Source: Lama guanicoe
Lineage: Eukaryota
DNA: 64,000 bases
Assembly (NCBI GenBank): GCA_013239625.1
Contig: MU054323.1
Location: 7,677,220-7,741,219, forward strand
Reading direction: 5' to 3'
A model generated the notes under the pieces. It worked only from the letters and a program-made list of their open reading frames with translations. It was not told the origin of the DNA and ran no database searches. This document shows positions 14,820 through 27,810 of this stretch, piece after piece; the first letter of the stretch is position 1, and each line of letters begins with the position of its first letter. A program made the translations under genes and the position numbers.

Positions 14820-16650
14820 AAGAGACTATGTTACATAAAATGAAAAACTTGGTACTGCATGTATGCACAGTCACACACAAAAACACGCACAAACCCGTAA
14901 AGTCTAAAGAAAAACTAGTTGAAAAAATTGGAGAACATATCACATACAGAGAAAGGTGTTATAAATCAATGAGAAAAACACCAATGATTAAAAAAAAAAA
15001 AAGAACTGGCAAAAGATATAAATAGATGGTTCAGAGAAACAAATATAAGTGTTAAGTAAATATCTAAAAAGATGTTCAACCACAGCCATATAGGCCTAAA
15101 TATAGAAATAGAAATCAAAACCAGATTTTTTTCACCTACTAAATTAGCAGAGATGAAAAAGATTCAAAGTCCAGGGTTTGACAGGTTATAGGGAGGAAAT
15201 ACTATCATCCACTGCTGTAAAATGTAACTCTTTTGAACTACAATTTGGCACTCTCCAGGCTTTGATGGATACCCTCCAACCCAGTAATTCCAATATAAAA
15301 ATTAATTCGATGACTTTATTCTTAGAAGTACACAATTAAATATGTACAGCAATATTTACTATAAAACCATGTTTATAACATCATGAAACTAGAAACTACC
15401 TAAATTCCAGTAAGTAATTAATAAAATACATTGCCGAATAACCAAATAATAATAGAATATGCCACCATCAAAAAGAACAATGTGGACACCAAAAGCACAG
15501 ACAACGGAAATAAAGATAGGCAAGTTGAAGTACACCAAAACTTTCCTGCATCCAAGGACACAACCAACACAATGAAAGGCAACCTACAGAATAAGAAAAT
15601 GTCTGTAAAACAGTAAGGGATTAATATCCAATTTACAAAGAACTCTCACAACTCAATAGAAAAAAGCAATTTAAAACTGGGCAAAGGACTTGAACAAGAC
15701 ACTTCTCCAAAGAAGATATACTACAATCATTAATCACTAGGGAAAGCAAATCAAAACCACAATGAGACATCACACCCAAAAGGTGGCTACTATGAAAAAA
15801 AAAAACCAAAACAGAAAATAATAACTGTTGGCAAGGACGTGGAGAAATTGGAACCTTTGTGTACTGTTGATGGGAACGTAAAATGGTACAGCTGCTACGG
15901 AAAATAGTACAGTGGTTTGTCTCAAAAAACTAAAAACTGATTTATTATATGATCCAGCAGTATCACTTCTGAATATATATATGCAAAAGAATCAAAAGCA
16001 GGATCTCAAAGAGAAATGTGTACACTCATGTTCACAAGCAGCATTATCAAATAGCCCAATGGCAGAAGCAAACCAACTAACCATTGACAGAGGAATGGAT
16101 TTTAAAATGTGGTATAAACACACACACTGAAATTATTCAGCCTTAAAAATGGAAATTCTGGCACATGCTGCAACATGGATGAACCTCGAGGACATTATGC
16201 TGAATGAAATGAGCCAGTCATGAAAAGACAAACATTGCATGATTTCACTTATATGAGGTATCCAGAGCAGTCAAACTCAAAAGAATTGAAAGTAGAATGG
16301 TGGTTGTCAGGCACTGTGGAGGGAGGGAGGAATGGGGAGTTGCTTAATGAATAGAGTTTCAGTTTTGCAAGATGAAAAAGTTCTAGAGATTAGATGTACA
16401 ACAATGTGCATATACTTAACACTGTACACTTAAAATGATCAAAACGGTAAATTTTATGTTATGTGCATTTTACCACAATTTTACTTTAAAGAGCAATGTG
16501 GATAAATGGACCAATAATAAATGTGAGTGGTAGAATCTAGGTGGTGGGTATATGGTGGGTATTCTCTGTAAAACTCATTCAACTTTGCTGTGTATTTTAA
16601 ATTTTTCATATTAAAATATTGTGATGAAAAAGAACAATGTAGCCTCTGTG
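14820..16650 (+). mobile_element. Nested old L1 ORF2 C-terminal / 3' UTR fragments (L1MB/L1ME-like)
   Basis: gcaaatcaaaaccacaatgag, tggcaaggacgtggagaaattggaacc, atggatgaacctcgaggacattatgct and related motifs. Confidence 0.8.
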
Positions 16651-17744
16651 TGCAGATACGCAAAGACAGTCACACATTATTAAGTGAAAAATGCAAGTTG
16701 CAGAATTATATATATAGTTAAACTCCTTAGCCACTAAGGGGAAGGGTGGTATTATATACATGCAAAAAAAAAAAGTGTCTAACAATTTATCTTAGAAACC
16801 ATTATCAGTGTTTTCTACTGGAAAGAGAGCTGGAGATGTAAAAGTCTTTTTATCCTTAAGTACTGGGCTTTTTTGCCACAAGCATCTATTACTTGTGCCT
16901 GTATACACTTATACAACCCTATACCTACTATCCACACCACCACAAAGTAAATATTCACGTTACTCACATCTAGTTCTATGGCTTCATTTTTTTAATAAAA
17001 AAAAAAAGTCATCTCTTCTGTAATGTTTTGGTATATTGTATGAAGCAGGCATATAATTTTTTTTCTCAAGATGATTAGGTTTCAACATTGCCTGTTTATT
17101 GAAATTCTTACATGTATTTGACTGTCTCTGGGCTTTCACATCTATACTATTTACCAGTCTTGTCTAAATCCACATCATGGGATCTTTGCAAGACATGTTA
17201 ATACCTAGTAATATAATTTATGTCTCACTACACTTCTTTTAAAAAACTATTATTAGTCTAACCCAGATGAACTTTTGATTTGTTTTGCCAAAGTGGAATT
17301 GATTTAAATTTATGAGTTTATTTGACAAGAACTGAAATCTTTATCATACTGAATCTTCCCATCCGGATGCAAACTGGCTCTCTGCAATTTTTCAAGTATT
17401 TCCTGTCTTTTCCCAGGGTTTTATAGTTTTCTAGACTTAGATCCTGTACATGTCTTATCCAACTTATTCCCAAATATTTTATATTTGTCATAATATTTTG
17501 TTAATTATTGATACATAGGAACTCTATTAATATACACTTACTTTAACAATCATCTTTCTGAACTCTTACTTAAATCTCTAACAGGTTTTTAGTTGATTCT
17601 TTTGGGATTTCTAAATAAGCAATCACAATACCTGCAAACAGTGAAACTTTTTTCCTTCCTTTAATGTTTATGCCTCATTTATTTCTCATACCTAACTACA
17701 CTGGCTATGACTTCTAAAGCAATGCTAAATAAAAGTAGTCATAG

Positions 17745-17865
17745 GTGGAGGGTATAGCTCAGTGGTAGAGTGTGTGCCTAGCATGCATGAGGTCCTGGGT
17801 TCAATCCCCAGTACCTCCATTTAAATAAATAAAATAAATGTTATTATCCCCCCAAAATAAAAAAA
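17745..17865 (+). mobile_element. tRNA-derived SINE (Vic-1-like)
   Basis: A box TAGCTCAGTGG, B box GGTTCAATCC, A-rich tail; TSD AAAAGTAGTCATAG 17731-17744 / 17866-17879. Confidence 0.92.
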
Positions 17866-19502
17866 AAAAGTAGTCATAGCAAGTTTTCTTGTTGTATTTC
17901 TCATTTTTCCATATATATGTCTCTAGTGTTTCATCATCATTGTGATGTTGGCTTTTAAACTGAAATACTGTTTATGTCATAAAAGTATCCTTCTGCCCAA
18001 ACTCAAAAAGACAGTCAAGTAATGGAATTTTTTGTATCTTATTATTTAAAAAAAAAAAACAACGCAATATGGTGAGTTTTATTTCCACTATTCCCAAGAC
18101 TGCTATTTTAGGAGGAAAATAAATTTAAGTAAACTAAACGTAAGAGTCAACTATATCTAACTCATCCATACATAGAAATAAATTCTACTTAAGTTTATCT
18201 GCCTGGGTATGTATAAGTTTAATACTTTCTTTTAATTAAAAGGTTTTAAGCAGATACTGAATTTTAGTAACTGCTTTTTTGACATGTGAGACAACCATAT
18301 ACCTCATACCTGTAAGGTAACACTAGGTGCTACAATCAAATCCCAAAATTTCATTAGCTTAACACAATATAAGTTACTCTTCAGTTATTAACAGTTATTC
18401 AGCGATGAACAGATTATTAACAGTTCAATGCAGCTGATTCCTCTCCATCGGGCACACTGTTCTTAAATACGTTGACCCAGAAGTGACACACATTACTATT
18501 GGAAAATTAGTCACTTGGTGCCACCTAGATACAAGGCAGTCTAGAAAATAAGATGCTTGCCCAGGTAGTTGGGACAAGTATTCATCTCTACATATAGTCT
18601 TTCATTTCTGATCAGATAATCTGATGAGTTAATAATTTCCTAGTAACAAAAGAGCTTTGCATTCCTGGAATAAACTCTGACTAATCATGGCATGTTGTTT
18701 TATTATACTGCTATATTTATAATTTACACACACATATGCTTAGTAAAATTAGCCTGTTTTCCTTTTTTTGTCCTATTTATCACGTTTTGGTATGAGTTAG
18801 CTAGCATTACTTCTGCTACATACGTGATAGATGTTTAACACTTTAACAGTAAAACTGCTATCCTGTGAGGGAGGTCAAACACAAGTTCAACAATACTTGA
18901 TCCAACTGACATACAGATCCTCGTTGCCATAATACAAACAGAAGTAAATTCCTGTGGAAATAAAGCATAAAGAACACTGAACAAACCAGGAAACTGATAA
19001 ACTCTGAATAATGGCTGCGTTAAAGCTCAAAACAAAAATGTCACAATTTTTCCAAAGCCTCTGAAGGACTTTATAATAGTTTTGTTGAAACCTTGGCCAT
19101 TCCCTGCCACAGAGAAAAAGGATGATACTCCTCGGAAACTATCTTCCACAGGCCAATGCCAATCCAGAATCATTCCAGAAGACCCTGAGTTATCTAGGCA
19201 GAACATTCAGTATGAGAGGAGCTAGAAAGTAAACTGGAACAGGAAAATCTACCAAGAATTCCAGGACACAAAGTTTAGACCTAGTAATGAACATGCTGCC
19301 TCCCTGACTTCATTCCTTACAACTCTCTTCCTCATTCACTTTACTTCAGCTACATTGGCCTCCTCACAGTTCCCAGACCAAGAAAGGCACATTCCTGCCT
19401 CTAAGTCTGCACTGATTGCTCCCTCTGTGTAGAATGCTCTTTACCTGAGTATCTGCAAACCTTGCTCCTTCACCTCCTTCAAATGTCTGGTCAAAAGTCA
19501 GC

Positions 19503-19643
19503 TTCCAGAGTGGAAGGTATAGCTCAAGTGGTAGAGTGCATGCTTAGCATGCTTGAGGTCCTGGGTTCAATCCCCAGTACCTCCTCTAAGAATAAATAAG
19601 TAAACCTAATTACCTACCCCCACCAAAAAAAAAAAAAAGAAAG
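19503..19643 (+). mobile_element. tRNA-derived SINE (Vic-1-like) inserted in an L2 remnant
   Basis: Same head and tail; TSD AAAGTCAGC 19494-19502 / 19644-19652. Confidence 0.9.
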
Positions 19644-22380
19644 AAAGTCAGCCTCTCAGTGAGGCCTTGCCTGAATACCTGATTAAACTGCAAACTGCTC
19701 CAGACTTACCCAGCATTCCCCAGCTATCCCGCTTAATTCTTCACCACAGAACTTACAACTAACATAATATATAGTTTTTTTATTTACCATATTCTCTGTC
19801 TTCAGTCCCCATCCACATATTAGGGTCCATGCAGACAAGGATATTTTTTCCCTCCTGATTTGCTCACTGCTACATCCACAGATCCTAGACTAGTGCCCGG
19901 CGTATGGTAAGTCTTCGAGAAGTATTTAATCAAGTTAAATATTCCATATATTGCATCTCCAATGATAACCATTGAGATTTGGTGTTTGCAAATTGATCCT
20001 ATCCTAAGCCAACCTAAGCCATTCACCAAAGAATTGCTCCTTCCATTAGCTTAGAAATCTAAGGACTTGATTTTTTTTAATTGACAATATTTCATAATGA
20101 TATTGTGTCCCTTGGTCTCTATATGGAGAAAGCCAGAAAAGGTTTCAGAAGAAAATGTTACCTCTATCCCTTCCCAGAGTACATTAACTTGGTGCCTTGC
20201 CTCACTTCATAGTAGCCACATGTATTCTTCATCTCCATGTTGTCTTTTGTCTACTTTCCAAAGGAAAATAAAACAAAAACAAAAAAACTCTAATGTTAAG
20301 AGTGGAGCTGGTTAAGGGGCAGTGCGGTAACAAATAAAGTGAACACACGTAGAAACCCGAATTTTAAAGGGAAAACTTCAGATTGATATATGTGTTTAAT
20401 TAAACTTTTCTAGCCATGTAAGGCAATATTATTTCATTAGAGATGAACTTACTAGCTATCTCTCAGAACTTTGAAACAAAAATGTCGCCCTTAGAATGTA
20501 TCCACTATGTGGCAAAACTAGTGATCTGATACATTGCTGGTGGCGTTATAAATTGGTACAGTCCTTAAGTAAAGCCATATATCAAACAACAAATTACAAG
20601 TAACTATATTTCTAATCTTTCCAAAGGAAATACTGTAAAACATACAATGGATTTCAATTCCAGGTAAGATGGGTAAGCATATTCCACCCTGGCACTCCCA
20701 CAGAACGTAGCTATAAAACCTGAATGAAGCAGCTGAGGATTTTGCAAAGTAAATGGTTTCATCTCAAGCTCACATATAGCATTCATCAAGATAGAGGACA
20801 TTCTTGGTCATAAAACACACCTTAATAAATTTAAAAGACTAGAAATGAGGCTTTGTCTGCTCCTAGGCCACAATGGAATTAAACTAGCAATGAATAACAG
20901 GAAGATATCTGGAAAAATCCCCAAATACATGGAGATTAAACAACACACTTCTGAGTAAAGAAATCTCAAGAGAAATTTTAAAATATCATGAACTAAATGA
21001 AAATGAAAATATAACTTACCAAATTTGTAAGATGCAGGAAAAGCAGTGCATAGAAAGAGATTTACAGCACTGAATGCCTATATGAGAAAAGAAAAAGATC
21101 TAAAAGCAATAATTTAAGCTCCCTCTTAGGAAACTAGAAAAAGAAGAGCAAATTAAATCCAAACTAAGCAGAAGAAAGAAATAATAAAGAGAACAGAAAT
21201 CAGTCATGTTGAAAACAGCAAATCACAGAGAAAAATCAACAAAACCAAAAGCTGGTTCTTTGAAAAGATCAATATAATCAATCAATAAGCCTAACACTTA
21301 AAAAAATAGAAAGAAAGAAAAGAAAAAAAGAGACAAATTACTAATAACAGAAGTGAAAGAGAGGACATCACTACAGACCCCATGTACATGAGAAGGATAA
21401 TAAAGGAATATTATGAATAATTCTATGTCCACAAATTTGACAACCTAGATAAAATGGACCAATTCCTTGAAGGACATAATCTGTCAAAACTCAACATGAA
21501 GAAATAGACAATATAAAAAACTTAATTAATGATTAGTAACTTTCCAAAACAGAAAGCACCAGGCTGAAAGAGTGACTGGTGCATTCTACTAAATATTTGT
21601 AAGGCAGAAATTACACCAATTCTCTACAATTTTTTCCAGAAGACAGAACCAGAGAGAATACTTCCTAACTCATTCTGAGACCAGCAATACCCTAACATCA
21701 AAACCAGACAAAGACACTATAAATGGAGGCAGGCAGACTGAGGGAGACCTGCATGCAAAGCACTTCCAAACTGGCAGTAACTTTAGCAATTTTTCCTCTC
21801 CAGCATCTCTCAATCTGAACTCAACACAATCCAAAACCTAAAAATGGGCATCATTGTGGATAGAGTTTCCATCAGGACAGGAGTCTCCTAATGCTTAAAG
21901 ACAGAGCAGAAACTTCCCCATTTTCTTTCTTCCTTTTATTTTTAATTTTCCCTGTTCTCGCACACCTCAAACTCCAAGTAATCCTGTGGAAACAATAGCA
22001 ACGAAGAAAGCAGGTGCCCAAAACTATGAAGGAAAGAAATCTTCCCCTCCAGTTAGAGGAGCTGTGGTCCTAAGAGAACAAGACAAAATCCCATTGCTCT
22101 TTTTCCCTCTTACATCTCCTGCTGCTTGGCCCAAGGGAGGCATAGTTGTAGGAAGTACACAGAAGAATGGGATACATAAAGCCCCAAACTTCTGGACAAA
22201 TAAATAAAAAACGGGAGCCCACAGGGAATCATAAATACTGAGAAGTCTGCAGACAAAAGAACTCAGCAAAGTCATCCCTCAAAATTGCTTATGAACACCT
22301 TGGCTAACACTTGGGCTCCACACACATGGACTGAACCCTAAATAGTACAGAAGGACTTTGAGAATTGACTATGGGATAAA

Positions 22381-22612
22381 TAGGGATCAGTAAACTTTTT
22401 CTATAAAAAATCAAATAGGAAATTTTAGGTTTTGTAGGTTCAGCAGTCTCTAACTGCATCTGCTTAAACATGGCCATTTTGGTATGAAAGCAACCACTAA
22501 ATAAATAAATAAATAAATAAACAAACAAACAAACAAATAAATAGGCATGGCTGTGTTCCAGCAAAATTTTATTGATAAAAACAGGCAGTGGGCCATGGTT
22601 TCACCACCCATG
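22381..22612. mobile_element. MER58-like hAT-Charlie MITE
   Basis: gggatcagtaaactttttctataaa...ggctgtgttccagcaaaattttatt...acaggcagtgggcc. Confidence 0.7.
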
Positions 22613-23357
22613 GGCAAGACCACCACTCAAATCCCAGACAGTCCACTAACAGTACACACAGAGACAAATCCAAATAGCAATAAAAAGGTTTTGAAAACTT
22701 AACTAACATTGAAACAACAACCCACAGAAGGCTGGTCAGAACCTGAGGTGTCAACCCAATTCAATCAACAGCTTGCTTAAATAAAACTGTTAACATTCTC
22801 CATAGAACTTAAACAAGATGCTGAGTGTCAATTACACAATATTCAAAATGACCAGAATATAATCTAAATTTACTTTGGTATTCACAGACCTACGAAAATC
22901 TCAACTTTCTTAGGAAAAGAAAATAAAGACACAAACAAGGTAACACTGATACTGGGAATGTTTCACAAAGACTTTAAAGTAGCAATTATAAAAATGATAC
23001 TCCGAGTAAGGGTAAGGCCTCTTGAAATGAAGGTAAAGATACAAAGTCTCAGCAAAGACATAGAAGATATAAAGAAAAAAAAAAAAAAAAAAAAATTTTA
23101 GAACTGAAAAAATTACCAAAACAAACAAACAAAAAAACCTCACTGGATGAATCAATAACAGAAGAGTGAGTAAACATGAAAATAGAGAAACAGAAATTAT
23201 CTAATGATTGAATAAAAATAAACCCTTACTCAAAATTTAAAACTCTGTGTGCCAAAAGACATCAAGAAAGTCAAAGAACAACTCACAGAATTGAGGAAAT
23301 ATCTGCAAATGATGCATCTGATAAGGGACTTGCATGTAGTATATACAGAATTCTTAG

Positions 23358-23590
23358 GGGAGAGGGTATAGCTCAGTGCTAGAGCACATGCTTAGCATGC
23401 ACAAGGTTCTGGGTTCAATCCCCAGTATCTCCATTAATTAATTAATCAATCAATTAATTAATTAATTAATAACCCAGCCAGCCAGCCAGCCTAATTACCT
23501 CCCCTCCAAAAATAAGGAAGGAAGGAAGGAAGGAAGGAAGGAAGGAAGGAAGGAAGGAAGGAAGGAAAGAGGGAGAGAGGAAGAGTAAGA
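23358..23590 (+). mobile_element. tRNA-derived SINE (Vic-1-like) with tail expanded into (TTAA)n, (CAGC)n and (GGAA)n
   Basis: Same head; TSD AATTCTTAG 23349-23357 / 23591-23599. Confidence 0.9.
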
Positions 23591-24775
23591 AATTCTTAGA
23601 AATCAACAACAAAAAAAAGAAATCAACAAAAGACAGATAACCCAATTTTAAAACAGGATTTAAAGAAGGACATGAATAGACATTTCTCCAAAAAAAGATA
23701 TACAAACAGCCATTAAGCACATGAAAAAATGCTCGATATCATTATTCATTAGGAAAACACAAATCAAAACCACAATGAGCTATCAGTTCACACCCCCTAG
23801 AATGGTTATCATTATTTAAAAAAAAAATATGTTGGCAAGGAGAAATTAGAACCCTCAAACACTGCTGGCAGTACTGTAAAATTGTTCAGCTGATATGACA
23901 AACAGTTTGGTAATTCCTCAAAAAGTTAAACACAGAGTTAACATATGGCTTAGCAATTCCACTTCTAGATATACACCCAAAAGAACTAAACACGCTGATA
24001 ATAAAGAGTTGTATATGAAATATTCATGGCAGCATTAATCACAATAGCCAAAATATGAAAAACAAAAACAAAAACAAATAACCATCAACTGATAAACAGT
24101 ATATAAAAGGTGGTGTATTCATATGATGGAATATTATTCAGCCATAAAAAGGATACATGCCACAATATGGATGAACTTTGAAAACATTATGTTACATGAA
24201 AGAAGGCAGACACAAAACACTGTATGTTCTATGATTCCATTTATATGAACAGCCCAGAACAGGCAAATCCATAGATACAGAAAGTAGATCAGTGGTTACC
24301 AGAGGCTGGTGGGAGGGGAGAATAAAAAGTGATCACTAGTAATAATAAAGATAAGAGAAAAATATCAGTGAGACTGAAAATAGAAAAAAAGAAAAATGAA
24401 TGAAACCAAAAGCTGGTTCTTTCAATTGATCAAAAAAATTGATAAGCCTCTTACAGGAAAAAAGGGAAGGCAAATTACCAATATCAACAATAAAAAGAGA
24501 TTCTGCGGATCACTAGACTCAGTAAATGATAAGGGAATACTACAAACAACTCTACTGACATAAATTCAACAACTTAAATGAAGTGGATCAATTCCTGGAA
24601 AACCACAAACTACTAAAAGTTACCCAAGAAGACACAGATAATCTGAATAGTTCTATAATTACACAAGAAATTGACCTCACAATTAAAAGGCTTCCACAAA
24701 AGAAATCTCCAGACCCAGAATGTTCCACTAGTGAATTCTATTAAACATTTAAAGAAATAACACCTGTTCTACATA

Positions 24776-25649
24776 CAGTCCACTCCCGTTATTCACAGTA
24801 GCTATGTTCTATAAAGCCACCATGAACACTAAACCAGCAAATACTGAACCACTGTTCCTGAGTGAAATACAGAGTTAGGTTCCCACAAGCCACTGGTCAT
24901 ATTTTGATCAACTGATCAATACATAACCTTGCTTTTATGTGTGTTTCTGTTTAAAGATACCTTATTTAACACATACTCTTGACTTACTAATATTGAACTC
25001 ATGGCCAACAGCACTGTAACTCATACCTAAACAAAGTTTATCTAACACAGGTTTCTCCCTAAGGCACATCACAGCTTCTTTGCATTTAAGAATACTAGAT
25101 AGCACTTCAATACTACACTTGGGAGCCATTTTAAATAGTGAGAGTACCAACAAAAAGTACAAAAATGTAAACATCATGGCACTAAATAGACCATAAAAAA
25201 GACACATTTTCACTCTGAGCTGAAACAAGAAGGCAGAGCATCACCTTGTTCATCTTCAGCAGAGAACTCAGCAACAGGTGACAAATGTTTTGCCACTCAG
25301 CAAATGTTCACGAATGACTGCAAAAGTGCCCTGAGTATTGATTTTGGGGTTAGAGGTATATTTTAGCAAGCAGGTGAATTCAAAAATACAGTTGACCCTT
25401 GAACACAGGTCTGAACTGCACAAGTTCACTTATACACAGATTTCTTTCAATAGTAAACACTACAGTGCTTCACAATTCAAGGGTAGTTGAATCCATGGGT
25501 GCAGAATCATGGATCGGAGGAACTGCTAATATGGAGAGTCACCTTCAAGTTACATAAGGATTTTCAACTGTACAGAGGGTTGACGCCCTTAATGCCTGCA
25601 TTGTTCAAGGGTAGACTGTACTGAATCCATGGATAGTGAGGAATGACTG
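24776..25649. mobile_element. MER82-like TcMar-Tigger element
   Basis: TA|CAGTC...GACTG|TA termini (TA at 24774-24775 and 25650-25651); interior resembles the recalled MER82 consensus. Confidence 0.8.
25389..25618. mobile_element. MER8/Tigger2-like MITE nested in the MER82-like element
   Basis: TIRs CAGTTGACCCTTGAACA / TGTTCAAGGGTAGACTG; TA duplication at 25387-25388 and 25619-25620. Confidence 0.85.
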
Positions 25650-26641
25650 TAATCACTAATAGAATAGGAAGGAAGACTTCCTTTTTTTATGAGGTCAGCA
25701 TTACCTTAATACCAAAGCCAGGCACAGACAGTACAAGAAAACTACAGATTATTATCCCTCATGAACATAACTGTAAATGTCCTCAACAAATACAGCAATG
25801 TATAAAAAGTGTAATACACCACAACCAAGTGAGATTTTTCCCAGGAATGAAAGGCTGATCCAAAATTTGAAAACCAATGTAATCCATCATATTAAGAGTC
25901 TAAAAAGTAAAGCAAATGATCTTATCAACTGATTCAGAAAAAGCATTTGACAAAATCTGACATCCATTCATGACAAAAACTCTCAGCAAACTAGAAATAA
26001 AAGAGAGCTTCTTCAACCTGAAAATAGGTGTTTATAAAAAATCACAGAGCTAATAGGAAGCATTTTTATTAAACCTTTGTCATTTGCTACCTCTCGCCTG
26101 CTAGAAAACAGACCTGGGAAACACATAAGCAGCAAATCCAATACTAAATCAAAGATCGGGAAAGTTGCCCTTCTTGCTGCCCATTCATCTGTTCTCAAGG
26201 TAAGACTTTTATAATACAAATCTGTACTAGGTTTCCTCCTAGCAAAAATGTCCTTAACTTTTATCAGAAATATATCAATGTTTAATGATGTTTTCACAAA
26301 TTTTTTTTCTGCATCAACTCATTTATTTTTATTATCAAGAAGTTCTTAATAATGGTATTTTACAAATAATGATCATTTATAACATACATTCTCATGAGTG
26401 AAATCACCCCCAAGGATGCTGAAACTGATGGCAGGGGTACTGAAAAATATTTATACTTTTTATTTATAAAGCAGATATACATAAAGTACATAAACAAATA
26501 TACAGTATATATGTGGTATAAAATTTCACAGGAGGGTAGTTAGAAAAATATTGTCTAAAAAATTGTCTACAATATTTAGAAAAATTGTCTTAAAAAAACA
26601 CAAATATTTAATGGTGTTTTCACAAAGAGCATCATGGAACC

Positions 26642-26730
26642 CAGAGCCGCTGTGGTGCACAACTCCTGGAAACAACGTTCACATAAAATACAATATGAAT
26701 GGTTCCCCCTGGAGTTGTACAACACATATT
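26642..26730. mobile_element. MER91-like palindromic hAT-Tip100 MITE
   Basis: Imperfect inverted repeat tgtggtgcacaactcctgg / cctggagttgtacaacaca. Confidence 0.55.
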
Positions 26731-27469
26731 TCCAATTGATACTACCACTTGAACAAACCTGTAGACCAGTGGTACAGAAGAGAGTGGTGCGGAAAGAACG
26801 GTGGTATAGGAATTCAGAGAAGGGTAAAAATCAACATGAGCTAGAACAAATGGGGCAAGAATCCTACAATTTTGTTGTGTTTGAAGAGCATTGCAGAACC
26901 TCCTGTATATGCGAAAACTTCAGGAGACTGGCAGAACTTAATGGCTTCTGATGGAAACTTGTAAGTGGGATAGGAGTACGTAGAATAGCTATGGAATGAG
27001 AAAAATGTGAATGATACACACACACAAAGTATAGCCCCTCTCACCATTAATTCAAGAAAGCCCTACTCTACCCCTCATAACCTCTCTATAGCTAGACTCT
27101 CCAGTTCTACAATATATCCCACAAATGGCCCCAAACACAGAAAACATTTCTATTTTCTGCATAAAAACCCTCTACAGCTCCTAGAATAAAAATATTTATC
27201 AACTCGACTTCTACACCTCTCCACATTTGGGCCCCAACCTACCTTTTCTGGCCTTCTCTTTCACTACACAATACTCAAAGGTTAAAGCCAGGCATCAAAC
27301 ATACGCTGCATTTTTCAGCCTTCCCGCTTTTCAGCTCTTCCCTCTGCCTGGAATATCCTTACCCATATTCACCTCTAAATGTTTAATCTATCATCCTTGA
27401 ATACCCAGGCAAAACCATGTCTGAGACCAACTTTGCCATACTCCCCCTTCCACCAAATTTTAGTATTAC

Positions 27470-27810
27470 TATTGGTTTGCTATTATACAGCCTCAACAAC
27501 ACAAACTTACTTTGCGATTATGTTTTATTATGAAACTTAAGTGAAAACAACACAAAGTTATTTCACAGTTTTCTGTGTGTCAGGATTCTGGGCATGAGTT
27601 AACAGAGTCTTCTGCTTAGGGTCTCACTGAGCTGAAATTGAAGTGACAGCTGGGACTGTGAACTCATCTGAGGCTTGGGATCCTTTTCCAAGCTTACTTG
27701 TTGGCAGGCTTCCGTCCCTTTCTGTTTTCTTGCTGGCTCTTGGCCAGAAGTCACTCAGCTCCTAGAGGCTGCCTGCCATTCCTTGCCACATGGCCTTCTT
27801 CACAGCAGTT
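27470..27810. mobile_element. MLT1-type LTR fragment
   Basis: tttcacagttttctgtgtgtcaggattctgggcatg...agggtctcactgagctgaaattgaag. Confidence 0.65.

Larger units (their letters stand above)
20780..26050 (+). mobile_element. Composite of decayed L1 pieces (two ORF2 segments, a 5'/ORF1-like part, a 3' part) interrupted by DNA transposons and a SINE
   Basis: ORF2 motif aaaccaaaagctggttctttgaaaagatcaa near 21242 and again near 24403; gattcagaaaaagcatttgacaaaatc near 25931; many stops and frameshifts. Confidence 0.8.

Noticed and set aside
17745..17820. tRNA gene calls for the SINE heads
   Set aside because: They have A/B boxes but also TSDs, A-rich tails, about 13 diverged copies and no clean cloverleaf; they are SINEs. 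The dispersed copies are not a CRISPR-like array either.
26634..26951. 105-aa ORF MEPRAAVV...
   Set aside because: Its start runs through a MER91-like MITE, it is antisense within the intron, and it has no recognisable homology.
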